A stretch of 64,000 nucleotides of DNA from Yuukianura sp. NJ FZ-2021 (taxonomy: Eukaryota), in contig CM102286.1 in assembly GCA_046563655.1 (NCBI GenBank), forward strand, positions 9,796,001 to 9,860,000, written 5' to 3'. Positions 63,750 to 64,000 of the stretch are shown in pieces (positions within the stretch are counted from its first letter, which is position 1; each line of letters starts with the position of its first letter). A program made the position numbers and the translations under genes. Below the pieces are notes generated by a model that was not told where the DNA came from, ran no database searches, and was given only the letters and a program-made list of their open reading frames with translations.

Positions 63750-64000
63750 ATGATTTCTTTGGAGAAACCAAATACCAGAGGAACAAAACGTAAAGCTATT
63801 ACTAACTCTGAAACCAACACTCAAAAAGCACTGAAGATGGGTGACACTGACATTGCCTCAATCCTGACTACAATCAAAGATCAAATCAAAGATCTTAGTG
63901 ACCAAGTCAAAACCAATCATGTTGAACTTTCACAGCAATTACAGTCGCTTACATCAGAAGTTACCTCAATCAAGGAAAGAGTTCAAGCAACTGAAAATGA
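63750..64000 (+). CDS. Open frame running off the window; coiled-coil-like, possibly retroelement ORF1/gag
   Basis: MISLEKPNTRGTKRK...IASILTTIKDQIKDLSDQVKTNHVELSQQLQSLTSEVTSIKERVQATEN with heptad periodicity; no diagnostic motif. Confidence 0.35.
   Translation, partial: MISLEKPNTRGTKRKAITNSETNTQKALKMGDTDIASILTTIKDQIKDLSDQVKTNHVELSQQLQSLTSEVTSIKERVQATEN

Overview
Eukaryotic, repeat-dense window, probably from an arthropod: it has short GT-AG introns, (TTAGG)n patches and a gustatory-receptor-like gene. The taxon is an inference. From left to right it contains: (1) nested small TEs; (2) a degenerate CRE-type RLE non-LTR retrotransposon (1.3-5.06 kb, minus) whose N-terminus carries an in-frame RFX-like winged-helix domain and peptide repeats; (3) more than a dozen copies or fragments of a ~1 kb DINE-1/HINE-like non-autonomous Helentron, spread throughout; (4) G-rich minisatellites; (5) a near-identical tandem triplication (~3.45 kb unit) of a 3-exon, 396-aa GR-like gene, bounded by a hAT remnant and a HINE; (6) a THAP pseudogene; (7) a ~22 kb array of a 183-bp satellite embedded in a 512-bp tandem array, with four co-amplified HINE copies; (8) a solo LTR, an internally deleted intron-containing Tc1/mariner-like remnant, and a nearly complete but defective BEL/Pao LTR retrotransposon (56.8-63.4 kb). 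All family assignments come from motif recognition by eye. No database searches were run.
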